The notes under the pieces are model-generated. The model worked only from the letters and a program-made list of their open reading frames with translations. It had not been told where the DNA came from and searched no databases. From a virus (taxonomy: Duplodnaviria; Caudoviricetes): a stretch of DNA of 64,000 nucleotides. A program made the position numbers and the translations under genes. The stretch is from the IMG/VR virus record IMGVR_UViG_3300014208_000039, positions 10,827-74,826 of that record. One strand, 5' to 3'. Below, piece by piece: positions 1 through 10,958 of the stretch (its first letter is position 1; each line of letters starts with the position of its first letter).

Positions 1-8
1 ATGCGGAA

Positions 9-3000
9 ATGATACAAAAAGGTATTCTACCAAAAGGGTTTGAAACTATTACATTAAGGGAAGTTGAATATTTGGCAATGGAAATGGATAAGACCCTTGA
101 AAAGACTATTTTCAATGAAGTTCTTGATCCGAAAGCGTTGGCTAAGATTGAAGAATACAACAAAGCAGTTTCCGTTTTTTCAAGTCAAGTAAAAGGATGG
201 GTGACTGAAAATTTAGCGTTATTTTATGACACTTATAATGAAATTAGATATTTCTATTTCAATCAAACTAAAAACGCCTTAACGGATATTAAATTAAAGG
301 GTTCAAATACACCTGGAACATTGGATTATATAATTACCACGAATAATAACATAATAAAAAAAATTGCAAAGGGTATTAATGGTTTAACAATTAATAATTT
401 AAATGATAATAGTAAAAAAAGAATTAAACCAAATTTTATTCTTAAAACCTTAAAAGATTCTTCGGAATATTATTCTCAACAACAAAACACCGATAAAGGT
501 GGACAACTTCAATATGGGGTAAAAGTAGATGTTCTGTTTGCTGATATGGGTGATGTTCAAAACTTATTCTATGAAGAATCAAGTAGGATAATGAAAGAAC
601 TTGAAAAACAGATAAATGTTATTGTCCGTGATAAAAAATTGGGATTAGGGTTTGACCCAACTATAAAAAATTTGTTTGCAATCATAATGGCAAACGCTGA
701 AGTTTATATCAGGTTATTAAAGGACGTACATGTTAGGGCATTTGATGCCGCAAATCAAAGAAAAGATTTATTACAACCATTTGACAAAGAATCAAAAGGT
801 GGTTCAATTTACCCATGGCCTGAAGTTAAAAAGGAAATTCCTGGCAGTAGAACACAAATTATAGCATATCCAGGTGATTTTCAGCTTAGAAAAAAGATTA
901 AATCGGATAATAAACTTCTTTGGCCTGAAGTCGATTTCATCGAACAATATATTAAATTCGTAACAAAAGTAACAGGTGTTGATAAAGTAGATTATTTCTT
1001 CTCTAAAAGTGATGAAGATAAAAAATTGAAAAAAATATGTACTGTTTTTGATACACTAAGTATTACACCATATGGTAACAGAGTACTATCATCATTTTTA
1101 TATGAAATTTTTGAAAGAGCAAAACAAATTACGTTAGTTGATTCGTTTAATTCTGAGGCTATCCAAGAGCTAGCTAAAGTTGAATTTGAAAATTTACAAA
1201 TGACATTAGAAAATGATGTTGATGTTGTTGACGTGTTAAAAAATAAGGTGAGGTCTATCAATGATTTAATCGATTTAATGTCTAGATTTTCACCATTTGA
1301 AAGATATCCATATTACAAAGATAGTATTCCTACTACGGAATATATTAGTGATAGTTTAGAAGCACCGTTCGATATTACTAAATACGATGGTACATTAAAT
1401 AAAATTGATATAGGTAGTTATCCAAAACTTGATAATAATATAAAAAATTATGAATTAGAAAGTTATAGGAAAAATTTATACCCATTTTCATCTGACACCT
1501 ATCTAGGATACATTAAATCGACAAACTATACTTTAAATAATTTTGATTATAGTAAAACCTTTACCCTTGAAACCGATCTTGGATTTATTACTTCACCCGT
1601 TGATGCAAATATGTGGGTAAAAGATAATTACAAATCAAATATTTTTAGACAAAAATTAAAAGTAGGAAACAACTACACCAACATAATGAATACACCGTAT
1701 TTCCATAAACAACTTTATTATGATTTTTCATATAAACCTGTTTTTGGAAGATATGCGGGTTCGTCATACTTGTTATTAAATTCATTACCGTTTAAAGATT
1801 TGGAAGATTCAATTAATAATTCAAAATTAAGAATGGCATCAATGTTTAAAGAAATTGGTGCGACTCATTTTGTTCCTTATTTTTTAATTCTTAAATGGGG
1901 TTCGATGTATCATAGGTATAAAACGTACCTAACTGATAATATTGATATTTTACATGGAGATGATAATGGAGATGACTATGGTTGCTTATCATTATCAGGA
2001 GTAACCTTACCTATTAGTGGAAAAACTTTCTTTGATGATGGTAATGATTGGTTCATTACACTTACAGGAAACACCCAAGGTGATATAATTGTGAGTTATG
2101 ATGGAAAGAACACTGGGTTACACCCATTTTATGATTCGATTTATCATAATATAATTAATGGTTATTTACATTTCAATATTGCGGAGCTACCTGAAGAATC
2201 TTTCGAAACAAATGTGGGGTTAAAAAAGATTAACTGTTATAATTCTGTAGTGAACAACCTTAATCAATGGACATCTTATGTTGACAATTCATTATATGAA
2301 TATACTGAAACTGACCCATTAAGAACTAAAAAAGGACACTATACAATTATGCCGTCTTATGGATTCAACCAACCTGATACTAAAATAACCCAAGAATTAT
2401 TAGATTCTTATGGTATGAGGACCAGGGAAGAATATTTGAATTTTATTCGAACAAATCCTAAAAGTTTTGATGATGAATTTCAAAATTCGTTTAGGGTTGT
2501 TCTGGAATCAGAAGAAATTGTTAATGTGTTTAGTGGTAAAACGTTTGCTGGTTTCAATGAATACGTAAAAAGTATTAATAACGAATATTCAATTGATTCA
2601 AATAATAAAAAGGTGTTTGATTTAATCGGTACATTCAGTCCAGCAATTCTTGATCAATTTGAAGAAATTTTCTTATATTTTGCGTCTGAAGAACTTAACG
2701 TACAAGTACCACAATATAGATTTGAAAATTTACCATACAATACGTTCCAAAGTGTATTGAAAGATATTGTAACTTTGGATTATTTTACATGGACAGATGT
2801 AAACGATTTACGTAAAAAATTATATGAAAATCAAAACACTAAATTAGGAAAGATTACTAATAAGATAGTAAATAACAATAATTTACTGAAACTTACAATG
2901 GGTAATCCAAAAGAAATAAATTCATATTATATTGAAGGGTTTGCAAAAATTGCTCCTCAATCAACTTTAACTTTTAATCCTTATGATTCAAGTCAATTTA

Positions 3001-5003
3001 CACAAAACGGATACTTGTTAGACCTTTATTTAGGTGAGTTTCCTGACAACGGAAATTTATATAAAGATTTTTTTGTTAATATGGATATTGAATTAAATGA
3101 AACGAATATATTAAATTTAAGGCCTTTAATTCTTATTTATGCTGGATATTGTAAAGGAAAAGTAAATCCCGTTTTATATACCGAATTTAAAGATTATATA
3201 TCAACCAATATGTATGAAGGTGTTGGAAATAGTGTAATACCTAATGGTGCAAACCGTAGATTGAATTTATTTTTGGTTTCATTAATTGGTGAATTTACTA
3301 AACTTAGTTACACAAAAGATTCTGAAACAAACATAGAATTTTACGGTGGGTTTAATGATGACGGTTTAAAAATTGAATTATATAATTTCTTTAAATCATA
3401 TAACGATAAATGGGCATCAGGAAATTCAATTGGACAACATTTATTAATGGAGGACTTTTTGTTCCTTGATAAAGCAAATAGGGATATTGGAAACAGAGGT
3501 TATATTAATTTGAATAGGTTCATTGATTTGATGGATACAAAAAATTTAAACACAAGTTTATATGGCGCTATTTCAATTTTACTACAAGGTAGTGGATTTG
3601 ACATGAGGGCTTTACCAGCTTATGTGAATTTTTACGGTAAATCATTATCTACTAAAAGTAAAATATTACCTTCAGGTACAGTTGCTGAAAATTTATTTGG
3701 GACGTTCTTAGATGTAGATTATGAGGATTCATCACCTAAGATGGTTATTCAATATGTTGAAGGCCCTTTGTCTAAACATCCGGATATCACTAATAACAAA
3801 TACAATAAATTTAATGATGATAGTTTTGATATGTCGGACAACAATAATAATCCGATTATCATTACAGACCCAAACGCTTTTACTGTACAAAATTTATTAA
3901 AATCAAACAGAGCCGTTGCCTTTGAAGTAAGTTTTGGTGATCAAAACCAAGGAATTTTCAAAGGGGTAACATTAGATCAAAACACATTAAGAAACACCAC
4001 CGAATCTTTTAGTGTTTTAGAAAATTTAGCCAGGTCAGAATCGGGAGCTGGTATCAGTAGCGTAGACACATCATTATTCGATTATTATAGACAAGCATCA
4101 TATTCTTGTGAAGTTTCTGCTATGGGTAACATGATGATTCAGCCGACAATGTTCTTTTATTTAAAAAATATTCCAATGTTTAAAGGTTCATTTTGGATAA
4201 CAGAAGTATCTCACTCAATTAAAAATAATACCATTAATACTACGTTTAAAGGAACTAGAATCCCAAGAGCGGTTCTACCTGACCCAATGGATACATTTGT
4301 TGCTAGTTTTAGACCGATTATGGATAGAATTATTCAGAAGGCGTTGAATACTACAAAAAAAGATGTTATATCATCTACGACCACTACAACGGAAAGAGGT
4401 ATTGTTACGTCAGGTGGAAATCAATATTCAACAGATATGGGTATAATTTCAATACCCGGTGAAATATTACTTGAAACGCAAGCTGGAATTACATCATTTG
4501 GGTTACCTTATAATGGATGGGGTGGTGAAAAATATATTCAAAAGGTTAAATATAAAAATAATGATTGGTACAGAGCTGTTGTATGTAAAATGGTAAGTAC
4601 AAATGAAAAAGGAGTTAATACAATAACTGATACGACTGATATGGTACTTTTAAGTGAAAATGATAACATTTCAGCAATGCCAGATAGAGTTAAATGGGAA
4701 GAATTAAAAAAATTAGGAAAAGATTATCATTTCTATACATCTAAATTTAGGCTAATAAGCGGTAGTAAAACAGCCACGTCGATATGTAGTTTAACAACCA
4801 CATTTATGAATCCTAAAAATAATGATTTATCGATTGATGTTGTTCCAAGTTATCAATTAGATAGAAGAACAAACCCATTAGAATCAACGGGGGCTGTAAG
4901 TATTGGACCTTTGGTTTCGGGTTATGGTGTAGCAATGTCTGAGAAATTAATGTATGATTTGGGAATACATGAAGGTGAAGTTGTTTATTTCAATTTTAAG
5001 TGA
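9..5003 (+). CDS. Large virion structural protein, C-terminal region resembling a baseplate hub (gp27/late control D-like); probably 5'-truncated by the window edge
   Basis: 1664-aa ORF, frame open upstream of position 9. Segment YSCEVSAMGNMMIQPTMFFYLKNIPMFKGSFWITEVSHSIKNNTINTTFKGTR resembles the G-x-Y/F-x-I-x-x-V-x-H signature of hub proteins. Confidence 0.45.
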   Translation: MIQKGILPKGFETITLREVEYLAMEMDKTLEKTIFNEVLDPKALAKIEEYNKAVSVFSSQVKGWVTENLALFYDTYNEIRYFYFNQTKNALTDIKLKGSNTPGTLDYIITTNNNIIKKIAKGINGLTINNLNDNSKKRIKPNFILKTLKDSSEYYSQQQNTDKGGQLQYGVKVDVLFADMGDVQNLFYEESSRIMKELEKQINVIVRDKKLGLGFDPTIKNLFAIIMANAEVYIRLLKDVHVRAFDAANQRKDLLQPFDKESKGGSIYPWPEVKKEIPGSRTQIIAYPGDFQLRKKIKSDNKLLWPEVDFIEQYIKFVTKVTGVDKVDYFFSKSDEDKKLKKICTVFDTLSITPYGNRVLSSFLYEIFERAKQITLVDSFNSEAIQELAKVEFENLQMTLENDVDVVDVLKNKVRSINDLIDLMSRFSPFERYPYYKDSIPTTEYISDSLEAPFDITKYDGTLNKIDIGSYPKLDNNIKNYELESYRKNLYPFSSDTYLGYIKSTNYTLNNFDYSKTFTLETDLGFITSPVDANMWVKDNYKSNIFRQKLKVGNNYTNIMNTPYFHKQLYYDFSYKPVFGRYAGSSYLLLNSLPFKDLEDSINNSKLRMASMFKEIGATHFVPYFLILKWGSMYHRYKTYLTDNIDILHGDDNGDDYGCLSLSGVTLPISGKTFFDDGNDWFITLTGNTQGDIIVSYDGKNTGLHPFYDSIYHNIINGYLHFNIAELPEESFETNVGLKKINCYNSVVNNLNQWTSYVDNSLYEYTETDPLRTKKGHYTIMPSYGFNQPDTKITQELLDSYGMRTREEYLNFIRTNPKSFDDEFQNSFRVVLESEEIVNVFSGKTFAGFNEYVKSINNEYSIDSNNKKVFDLIGTFSPAILDQFEEIFLYFASEELNVQVPQYRFENLPYNTFQSVLKDIVTLDYFTWTDVNDLRKKLYENQNTKLGKITNKIVNNNNLLKLTMGNPKEINSYYIEGFAKIAPQSTLTFNPYDSSQFTQNGYLLDLYLGEFPDNGNLYKDFFVNMDIELNETNILNLRPLILIYAGYCKGKVNPVLYTEFKDYISTNMYEGVGNSVIPNGANRRLNLFLVSLIGEFTKLSYTKDSETNIEFYGGFNDDGLKIELYNFFKSYNDKWASGNSIGQHLLMEDFLFLDKANRDIGNRGYINLNRFIDLMDTKNLNTSLYGAISILLQGSGFDMRALPAYVNFYGKSLSTKSKILPSGTVAENLFGTFLDVDYEDSSPKMVIQYVEGPLSKHPDITNNKYNKFNDDSFDMSDNNNNPIIITDPNAFTVQNLLKSNRAVAFEVSFGDQNQGIFKGVTLDQNTLRNTTESFSVLENLARSESGAGISSVDTSLFDYYRQASYSCEVSAMGNMMIQPTMFFYLKNIPMFKGSFWITEVSHSIKNNTINTTFKGTRIPRAVLPDPMDTFVASFRPIMDRIIQKALNTTKKDVISSTTTTTERGIVTSGGNQYSTDMGIISIPGEILLETQAGITSFGLPYNGWGGEKYIQKVKYKNNDWYRAVVCKMVSTNEKGVNTITDTTDMVLLSENDNISAMPDRVKWEELKKLGKDYHFYTSKFRLISGSKTATSICSLTTTFMNPKNNDLSIDVVPSYQLDRRTNPLESTGAVSIGPLVSGYGVAMSEKLMYDLGIHEGEVVYFNFK

Positions 5004-5011
5004 TATTTATA
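5004..5011 (+). promoter_or_regulatory. TATTTATA motif, putative phage late promoter (representative site; others listed in findings)
   Basis: Exact octamer 16 nt upstream of ATG 5028; recurs immediately upstream of many structural genes. Confidence 0.55.
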
Positions 5012-5027
5012 TAAAAATAAAACTGTT

Positions 5028-5231
5028 ATGAATGATATTAAATTAAAAAAAGGTTTGGACAACTATTTAAAACCAACGATAACAAAATCTGTTTCAGAAG
5101 ATGGAATGGAATCTGAACAATGTGATTTAGAAACTGGCGAATGTTATACTATTCGTTCAGTAGATGGAATAGTAGAAAGAATAAATAAAAGATACATTAC
5201 CGATGATGGTAGACAATTATTACAAGATTAA
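5028..5231 (+). CDS. Hypothetical protein (67 aa, CxxxxxxC motif)
   Basis: ORF preceded by TATTTATA and tightly packed with the next ORF. Confidence 0.6.
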   Translation: MNDIKLKKGLDNYLKPTITKSVSEDGMESEQCDLETGECYTIRSVDGIVERINKRYITDDGRQLLQD

Positions 5232-5233
5232 TT

Positions 5234-5905
5234 ATGTCAGAACTAGAAAAACAATTACAGGAAGAATTAAAGCGTTATAAACAAATTAATAGATACGCTA
5301 AGACATTGATAATGGAACAAGATGTTCCTGAAGACCCAAATGTGGCCGGTGCCGTTCCTCCAGCTGGAGATGTACCTCCACCACCATCTGAAGCCAGCGC
5401 TGAGCCCGCTTTGGATGTACCGACACCTCCCGAAGATGTGACAACTCCATCAACAAATGATGTTTCAGGTGAAGAAGATTCAACTGAAGAAATCGATATT
5501 ACCGATTTAGTTAATATGACTAAGAGTATTAAAAAAGACATAGAAAACAAACAATCAGATAATATTAACGTGGTGGCTAAGATGGACGATATTTTTACTA
5601 AATTAGATGACCTCGAATCAAAATTATCTGATATGGATTCAATTATTGATAGGATTGACCAACTTGGAAAAAAAGTTGAACTAATGAAAGAACCAACGCC
5701 AGTTGAAAAACTTGAAATGAGATCGCTCGACTCATATCCATTCAATAAAAATCCTGAACAATTTTTTCAAGAAAAAAGAGGGGAAATGGAAAGAAGTGGT
5801 AAAAATACTTACGAATTGAAGCCAAATGAAATAACAAATTATTCAAAGGATTTAATTAAACAAAGTTTTAATCCCGATGCTGATAAAAATGGAATGACTT
5901 ACTAA
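5234..5905 (+). CDS. Hypothetical acidic/Pro-rich coiled-coil protein, candidate head/scaffold-associated protein
   Basis: 223-aa ORF; LQEELKRYKQI and LIMEQ motifs, acidic Pro-rich linker, heptad region. Confidence 0.5.
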   Translation: MSELEKQLQEELKRYKQINRYAKTLIMEQDVPEDPNVAGAVPPAGDVPPPPSEASAEPALDVPTPPEDVTTPSTNDVSGEEDSTEEIDITDLVNMTKSIKKDIENKQSDNINVVAKMDDIFTKLDDLESKLSDMDSIIDRIDQLGKKVELMKEPTPVEKLEMRSLDSYPFNKNPEQFFQEKRGEMERSGKNTYELKPNEITNYSKDLIKQSFNPDADKNGMTY

Positions 5906-5935
5906 AGTTTAACATAAATATTTTAAAAATAATAT

Positions 5936-5964
5936 AAGCCGGACTTTTTATTTCGGCTTTTTTT
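5936..5964 (+). terminator. Rho-independent terminator
   Basis: AAGCCGGA...TTCGGCTT stem followed by a T-run, after the 5234-5905 stop. Confidence 0.6.
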
Positions 5965-6004
5965 ATGTATATTTTGAATATAAATAAATTTAAATTTTAG
6001 TTTT

Positions 6005-6868
6005 ATGAGTACACATTTATCAGTACTAGAACAGTACGAAAAGTCAAAACAGGCTACAAGTAGCAACAGTATTTCGCAAGAAGATCGACTAAAAAAGTAT
6101 TTCACAACAGTTTTACCAAAAGGGGTTAGAAGTGCGGAAAAAAGAATCAGAATTTTACCAACAAAAGATGGATCATCACCATTTATTGAAATTTATTTCC
6201 ATGAAGTTCAAGTAGATGGAAAGTGGGTAAAATTATATGATCCAAAACAAGATGGTAATCCTTCACCTTTGAATGATGTTTATGATGGACTTATGATGAC
6301 AGGTATTGATGCTGATCGTGAGTTGGCTAGACAATACAGAGCACGTAAGTATTATATTGTAAAAGTTATCGATAGAGATAACGAAGCTGACGGAGTTAAA
6401 TTTTGGAGATTCAAATACAGCTCGAAAGGAGATGGTATATTTGATAAAATTTACCCAATTTTCAAAAATAAAGGTGATATTACTGACATAGAAGAAGGAC
6501 GTGACCTTATTGTCACATTAGGTTTAACTAAATCAAATAACGGAAAAGAATATACATCGGTAAGTTCTATTATTCCTGAAGATAAATCTAAACTTCACAA
6601 TGATCCAGAAGTATTAAAGGAATGGGCTGAAAATGGATTGGTATGGTCTGATGTTTATGCTAAGAAACCATTTGAATATTTAGATATGGTAGCTAAGGGT
6701 GAAACTCCAAAGTGGAGTAATGAATCTAAAAAGTGGATTTCTGAATCAGACACACAATCTGATGAAACCATCGCATCTAGTAAATCAGAATCGGCAGTAA
6801 AACAAAATATAATCGTTGATCCGCAAGCGGATGACGATGTTGCTGAAGATGACGATCTTCCCTTTTAA
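6005..6868 (+). CDS. Single-stranded DNA-binding protein, T4 gp32-like
   Basis: KRIRILP, FIEIYFH, GRDLIV motifs and acidic C-terminal tail ending DDDLPF; first gene of the replication block. Confidence 0.75.
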   Translation: MSTHLSVLEQYEKSKQATSSNSISQEDRLKKYFTTVLPKGVRSAEKRIRILPTKDGSSPFIEIYFHEVQVDGKWVKLYDPKQDGNPSPLNDVYDGLMMTGIDADRELARQYRARKYYIVKVIDRDNEADGVKFWRFKYSSKGDGIFDKIYPIFKNKGDITDIEEGRDLIVTLGLTKSNNGKEYTSVSSIIPEDKSKLHNDPEVLKEWAENGLVWSDVYAKKPFEYLDMVAKGETPKWSNESKKWISESDTQSDETIASSKSESAVKQNIIVDPQADDDVAEDDDLPF

Positions 6869-6877
6869 AATGATTAT

Positions 6878-6918
6878 AACGCATGGACAGACGCATAGTA
6901 CTTTTGTCCATGCGTTTT
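6878..6918 (+). terminator. 12-bp inverted repeat hairpin (15-nt loop), probable terminator/stability hairpin
   Basis: AACGCATGGACA (6878-6889) / TGTCCATGCGTT (6905-6916) followed by TT. Confidence 0.55.
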
Positions 6919-6969
6919 ATCTTTAAAAATTGTGGTTGTATAACCATTAAAAATTATTAAAAATAGAAA

Positions 6970-7959
6970 ATGGCAATAAAGAAAAAAGAGTTTGACTACA
7001 AAGCAAAGTATTCTACAAGTACAAAATATAAAGAAGAAAATTTTTATTATTGTGGTGAGGCGTTTTTAAATGCGTGTGGATTACCAGGTCCGATTATGGG
7101 TGGATTAAATATGTTTTTAGGACATAGTAATACGGCCAAAACAAATGCGCTAATTCTATCGGCGGTAGATGCACAAAAGAAAGGACATTTACCTGTCTTT
7201 ATTATAACTGAAAAGAAATGGAGTTGGAAACATGCCGTACAACTTGGATTACAAGCTACACAAGACGAAGACGGTGAGTGGGTAGGTGATTTCATCTTCA
7301 ACGATGGATTTAAATACATTGAACAGGCGGCCGATTTCATTAATGAAATTTTATCTGAACAAGAAAAAGGTAACATTCCGAGAGATTTATTATTTTTATG
7401 GGACTCAGTCGGCTCTATTCCATGTAAGATGACTTATGACGGAAAAGGTGGAAAAATGGCAAATGCTAGCGTTCTTCAGGACACAATTGGGTTAGGAATT
7501 GCTGGACGTATTGCTGATTCAAAAAAAGAAGATTATCCATATTACAATACTTTATGTATAGTTAACCAACCTTGGGTAGATATGCCTGATAATCCATTTG
7601 GACAACCTGAAATTAAAGCAAAAGGTGGAACTTCGATTTGGTTAGCATCAGCGTTAGTTTTCTTGTTTGGTAACCAAAAGAAAGCAGGTATCAATCATAT
7701 TGATGCTGTTAAAGGTGGAAGAACAATTTCATATGCAATTAGAACTAAAATATCGGTTTTAAAGAATCATATTAATGGATTAGCATTTAAGGACGGAAAA
7801 ATCATTGCAGTTCATAATGGATTCATTGATGACACAAAAGAATCAATCGATAAATACAAGAAAGAATATTCAGATTACTGGAATAAACTTATGGGTGGTG
7901 GAGATGGTGAAATTGTTTTAATCGAATCTCCTTCATCTGGATTTGAAGATTCTGAGTAA
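6970..7959 (+). CDS. recA: RecA/UvsX-like recombinase
   Basis: Walker A GHSNTAKT, TEKKW, Walker B LFLWDSVGS, GGxxxxxxSALV motif, KISVLKNHI. Confidence 0.8.
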   Translation: MAIKKKEFDYKAKYSTSTKYKEENFYYCGEAFLNACGLPGPIMGGLNMFLGHSNTAKTNALILSAVDAQKKGHLPVFIITEKKWSWKHAVQLGLQATQDEDGEWVGDFIFNDGFKYIEQAADFINEILSEQEKGNIPRDLLFLWDSVGSIPCKMTYDGKGGKMANASVLQDTIGLGIAGRIADSKKEDYPYYNTLCIVNQPWVDMPDNPFGQPEIKAKGGTSIWLASALVFLFGNQKKAGINHIDAVKGGRTISYAIRTKISVLKNHINGLAFKDGKIIAVHNGFIDDTKESIDKYKKEYSDYWNKLMGGGDGEIVLIESPSSGFEDSE

Positions 7960-8000
7960 AATTATAGAAAGCACGTTGTTTAACATAAAAATTTTGAAAA

Positions 8001-9020
8001 ATGGTTTTATTAGTAGATGGTGATAACTTACTCACTATCGGATTTTATGGAGTAAAAAACGCTTTTCATAAAGGGGTTCATATAGGTGGAATTTATCATT
8101 TCCTTAATACTTTAAGGAAAACGTTTGAAACCTATCACTTGGATAAGATTGTTGTTTTTTGGGACGGAAATGATGGTTCTCGACAAAGGAAACTAATTTA
8201 TGAACGTTACAAACAAGACAGAGGTGATCATAATCGTTCTGAAGAAGAACAAAACAATTTTGATTACCAAAGATATCGAATAAAACAATATTTGGAAGAA
8301 GTTTATGTTAGACAAGGTGAATATGAATTTTGTGAATCGGACGACTGTATATCTTACTATGTTCAGAACTCCCCCAACGAAAAGAAAATAATTTTCTCGT
8401 CCGATGGTGATTTAACACAACTTATATCCCCTAACACACAACTTTATCATCCGATGCATCACGTATTGTACTCTGAAGGTGACACTATCTTATATAAGAA
8501 AGAAGAAATGCTTGTAGATAATGTAAGGATAGCAAAAGTATTTTGCGGTGATCCTTCAGATAGTATTGCAGGCATCAGCGGACTTGGTATTAAACGGTTA
8601 TTAGCATTATTTCCTGAACTTAAAACAAGGAAGATGAATATAAATGAGATTATGGAACAAAGTAATGTCATTTTTGAAAGAGATAAACGTAATAATACAA
8701 TAAATAACATTTTATCGGGTGTGACAAAATATGGTACTTTTGGTGACGAATTTTTGGAATTGAACGAAAAAATAGTTATATTAGATCATCCACTACTTAC
8801 GGATGAAGCTAAAGACGAAATTGAATTATTAATCAACGACACCTTATCAACAGAAGGTAGATCATACAAAAACTGTATGAAAATGATGATGGAAGACGGT
8901 ATATTTAACTTACTACCAAAATCAGATAGTGCGTGGATTAACTTTCTAAATCCGTTTTTAAGATTAACAAGAAAAGAAAAAAATAAAAAAACAATTATAA
9001 ATATTAGAAATTATGAATAA
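8001..9020 (+). CDS. 5'-3' exonuclease / RNase H (PolI N-terminal, T4 rnh-like)
   Basis: LLVDGDNL, VFWDG, ESDDCI, SSDGDLTQL, GDPSDSIAGISGLGIK (H3TH) motifs. Confidence 0.85.
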   Translation: MVLLVDGDNLLTIGFYGVKNAFHKGVHIGGIYHFLNTLRKTFETYHLDKIVVFWDGNDGSRQRKLIYERYKQDRGDHNRSEEEQNNFDYQRYRIKQYLEEVYVRQGEYEFCESDDCISYYVQNSPNEKKIIFSSDGDLTQLISPNTQLYHPMHHVLYSEGDTILYKKEEMLVDNVRIAKVFCGDPSDSIAGISGLGIKRLLALFPELKTRKMNINEIMEQSNVIFERDKRNNTINNILSGVTKYGTFGDEFLELNEKIVILDHPLLTDEAKDEIELLINDTLSTEGRSYKNCMKMMMEDGIFNLLPKSDSAWINFLNPFLRLTRKEKNKKTIINIRNYE

Positions 9021-9462
9021 TCAAGAATCAACTAAATTTGAATTTTTGTTAACTATGGATGGTAATATTGTAGTACAAAGATTTTTCTTTGTAAAAGATT
9101 ATAATCCGAATGTTAAAAAATCGTTAGATTTACATGAATGTGTATCGAATATTTGTATAGATATCGAAGACGATCTAAGAAAAAAAACATTTGAATATCT
9201 TACCGAAAATCAAAACTTTTTATCATTTACAGATGGCGTGGAAGAAGAACGAGACACATCAACAGAACAATTTTTAATTGAAATTAAGCAAAATAACGAT
9301 GTATTTATCCAGAGATCGTTTCCTGCTTATGTATATCATCCAAAAGTTAGGTATACTGTTGATATAAGGCCAAAAATTAAGGTAATATTATCATCATTAA
9401 CCGACACTTTGTCACTTACTGAGCTTCAAACGTCATATTTACAATATGATTTAACAAAATAA
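9013..9462 (+). CDS. Hypothetical protein
   Basis: 149-aa ORF overlapping the upstream stop and abutting the helicase. Confidence 0.65.
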   Translation: MNNQESTKFEFLLTMDGNIVVQRFFFVKDYNPNVKKSLDLHECVSNICIDIEDDLRKKTFEYLTENQNFLSFTDGVEEERDTSTEQFLIEIKQNNDVFIQRSFPAYVYHPKVRYTVDIRPKIKVILSSLTDTLSLTELQTSYLQYDLTK

Positions 9463-9463
9463 T

Positions 9464-10885
9464 ATGAAAGAAATTAATTTCGGATATTTAGGAACAACGT
9501 TTCAAGAAACATTAATTAAAGCGATAATTGAAGATAAAAAATTTGGTGACACTATTGTTGGTGTAATTGATAGTAAGTATTTTGATAATAATTCCTTTAG
9601 ATATATAATGGAAAATATTAAAGAAATACATATGGACTACAATCGTATTCCAGATTATCTTGATATTTCACAGAAAATTATGTCGGAGGGTAAAGAAGTA
9701 AATTCAGGCCGAATCCATATTGATACCTTAGAAAATATAAAAAATAACGAACAAAATCCAGACACCGTAAAAGATAGAGCCTTAAATTTTTGTAAACAAC
9801 AAAATTTAAAGAAAGAGCTTAAAATTGTCCAAAGTATCATTGATAACGGTGAGTTTGAAGAATACGGAAAAATCGAAGGAATTATACAAAAGGCACTTCA
9901 AGTAGGTGTAATGGACGAAGACGCAACTGACGTTTTTTATGATATTGATTCTGCCTTAGAAAAAGACTTCAGAGAACCAATACCAACTGGTATTATTGGT
10001 TTAGATAATTTATTAAAAGGTGGGTTAGGTGTTGGTGAATTAGGTGTTGTCCTAGCCCCGACAGGAACTGGTAAGACAACATTATTAACTAAATTTGCAA
10101 ATACAGCTTTTAATGTTGGTAAAAATGTCTTACAAATCTTCTTTGAAGACAATAAAGATGTTATTAAAAGAAAACATTATACTATTTGGTCAGGTATTGC
10201 TCCAGATGATCAACCAGATAATAAGGATATTGTTAAGGAAAGAATTCATGATGCCGAGTCATCAACAAAAGGGGAATTAAGGTTATTAAAATTACCAAGT
10301 AGCAGTAAAACGGTTACCGATATTAAAACAATAATTAGAAAAATGAGATCCGAAGGATTTAAAATGGATTTAATTCTTATTGATTATGTAGATTGTATTG
10401 TACCTGAAAGGAGTAGTTATGGCGAAGAATGGAAGGGAGAGGCATCAATTATGAGAACAATTGAAGCTATGACTGATGAATTTGGTGTTGGTATATGGGT
10501 GGCAACCCAAGGTAACAGGGAATCTATAGCATCTGAAGTTGTTACCACTGATCAAATGGGTGGTTCTATTAAGAAAGCTCAAATTGGTCATGTAATTGTA
10601 TCTGTTGGTAAAACATTAGAACAAAAAGAACATAATTTAGCTACATTAACATTATTGAAATCACGTATTGGTAAAGATGGGGTTGTATTCTCCAATTGTA
10701 CATTTAATAATGAATTTATTATTATTGATACCGATACTCAAAGCACACTACTTGGTATCAAGGAAGATAAGGCAAATGAAAAAGTTATTCGTCAACGTGA
10801 AGCTTACGAAAGAAGACAAAGGATGAACGGAAACCCTGCAAATGTTAATCCAAATCAAGGAATCGAACCAAATTTAAATGGGTAA
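9464..10885 (+). CDS. dnaB: Replicative DNA helicase, DnaB/gp41 family
   Basis: IPTGIIGLDNLLKGGLGVGEL, Walker A APTGTGKT, Walker B LILIDYVD, VATQGNR, KSRIGKDG. Confidence 0.85.
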   Translation: MKEINFGYLGTTFQETLIKAIIEDKKFGDTIVGVIDSKYFDNNSFRYIMENIKEIHMDYNRIPDYLDISQKIMSEGKEVNSGRIHIDTLENIKNNEQNPDTVKDRALNFCKQQNLKKELKIVQSIIDNGEFEEYGKIEGIIQKALQVGVMDEDATDVFYDIDSALEKDFREPIPTGIIGLDNLLKGGLGVGELGVVLAPTGTGKTTLLTKFANTAFNVGKNVLQIFFEDNKDVIKRKHYTIWSGIAPDDQPDNKDIVKERIHDAESSTKGELRLLKLPSSSKTVTDIKTIIRKMRSEGFKMDLILIDYVDCIVPERSSYGEEWKGEASIMRTIEAMTDEFGVGIWVATQGNRESIASEVVTTDQMGGSIKKAQIGHVIVSVGKTLEQKEHNLATLTLLKSRIGKDGVVFSNCTFNNEFIIIDTDTQSTLLGIKEDKANEKVIRQREAYERRQRMNGNPANVNPNQGIEPNLNG

Positions 10886-10958
10886 TAAGAAAAATCTATT
10901 AACTAGTTATATTTTTTTCGAATTTTCGTATTATTTAAGTAAATAAAAATTATATTAT

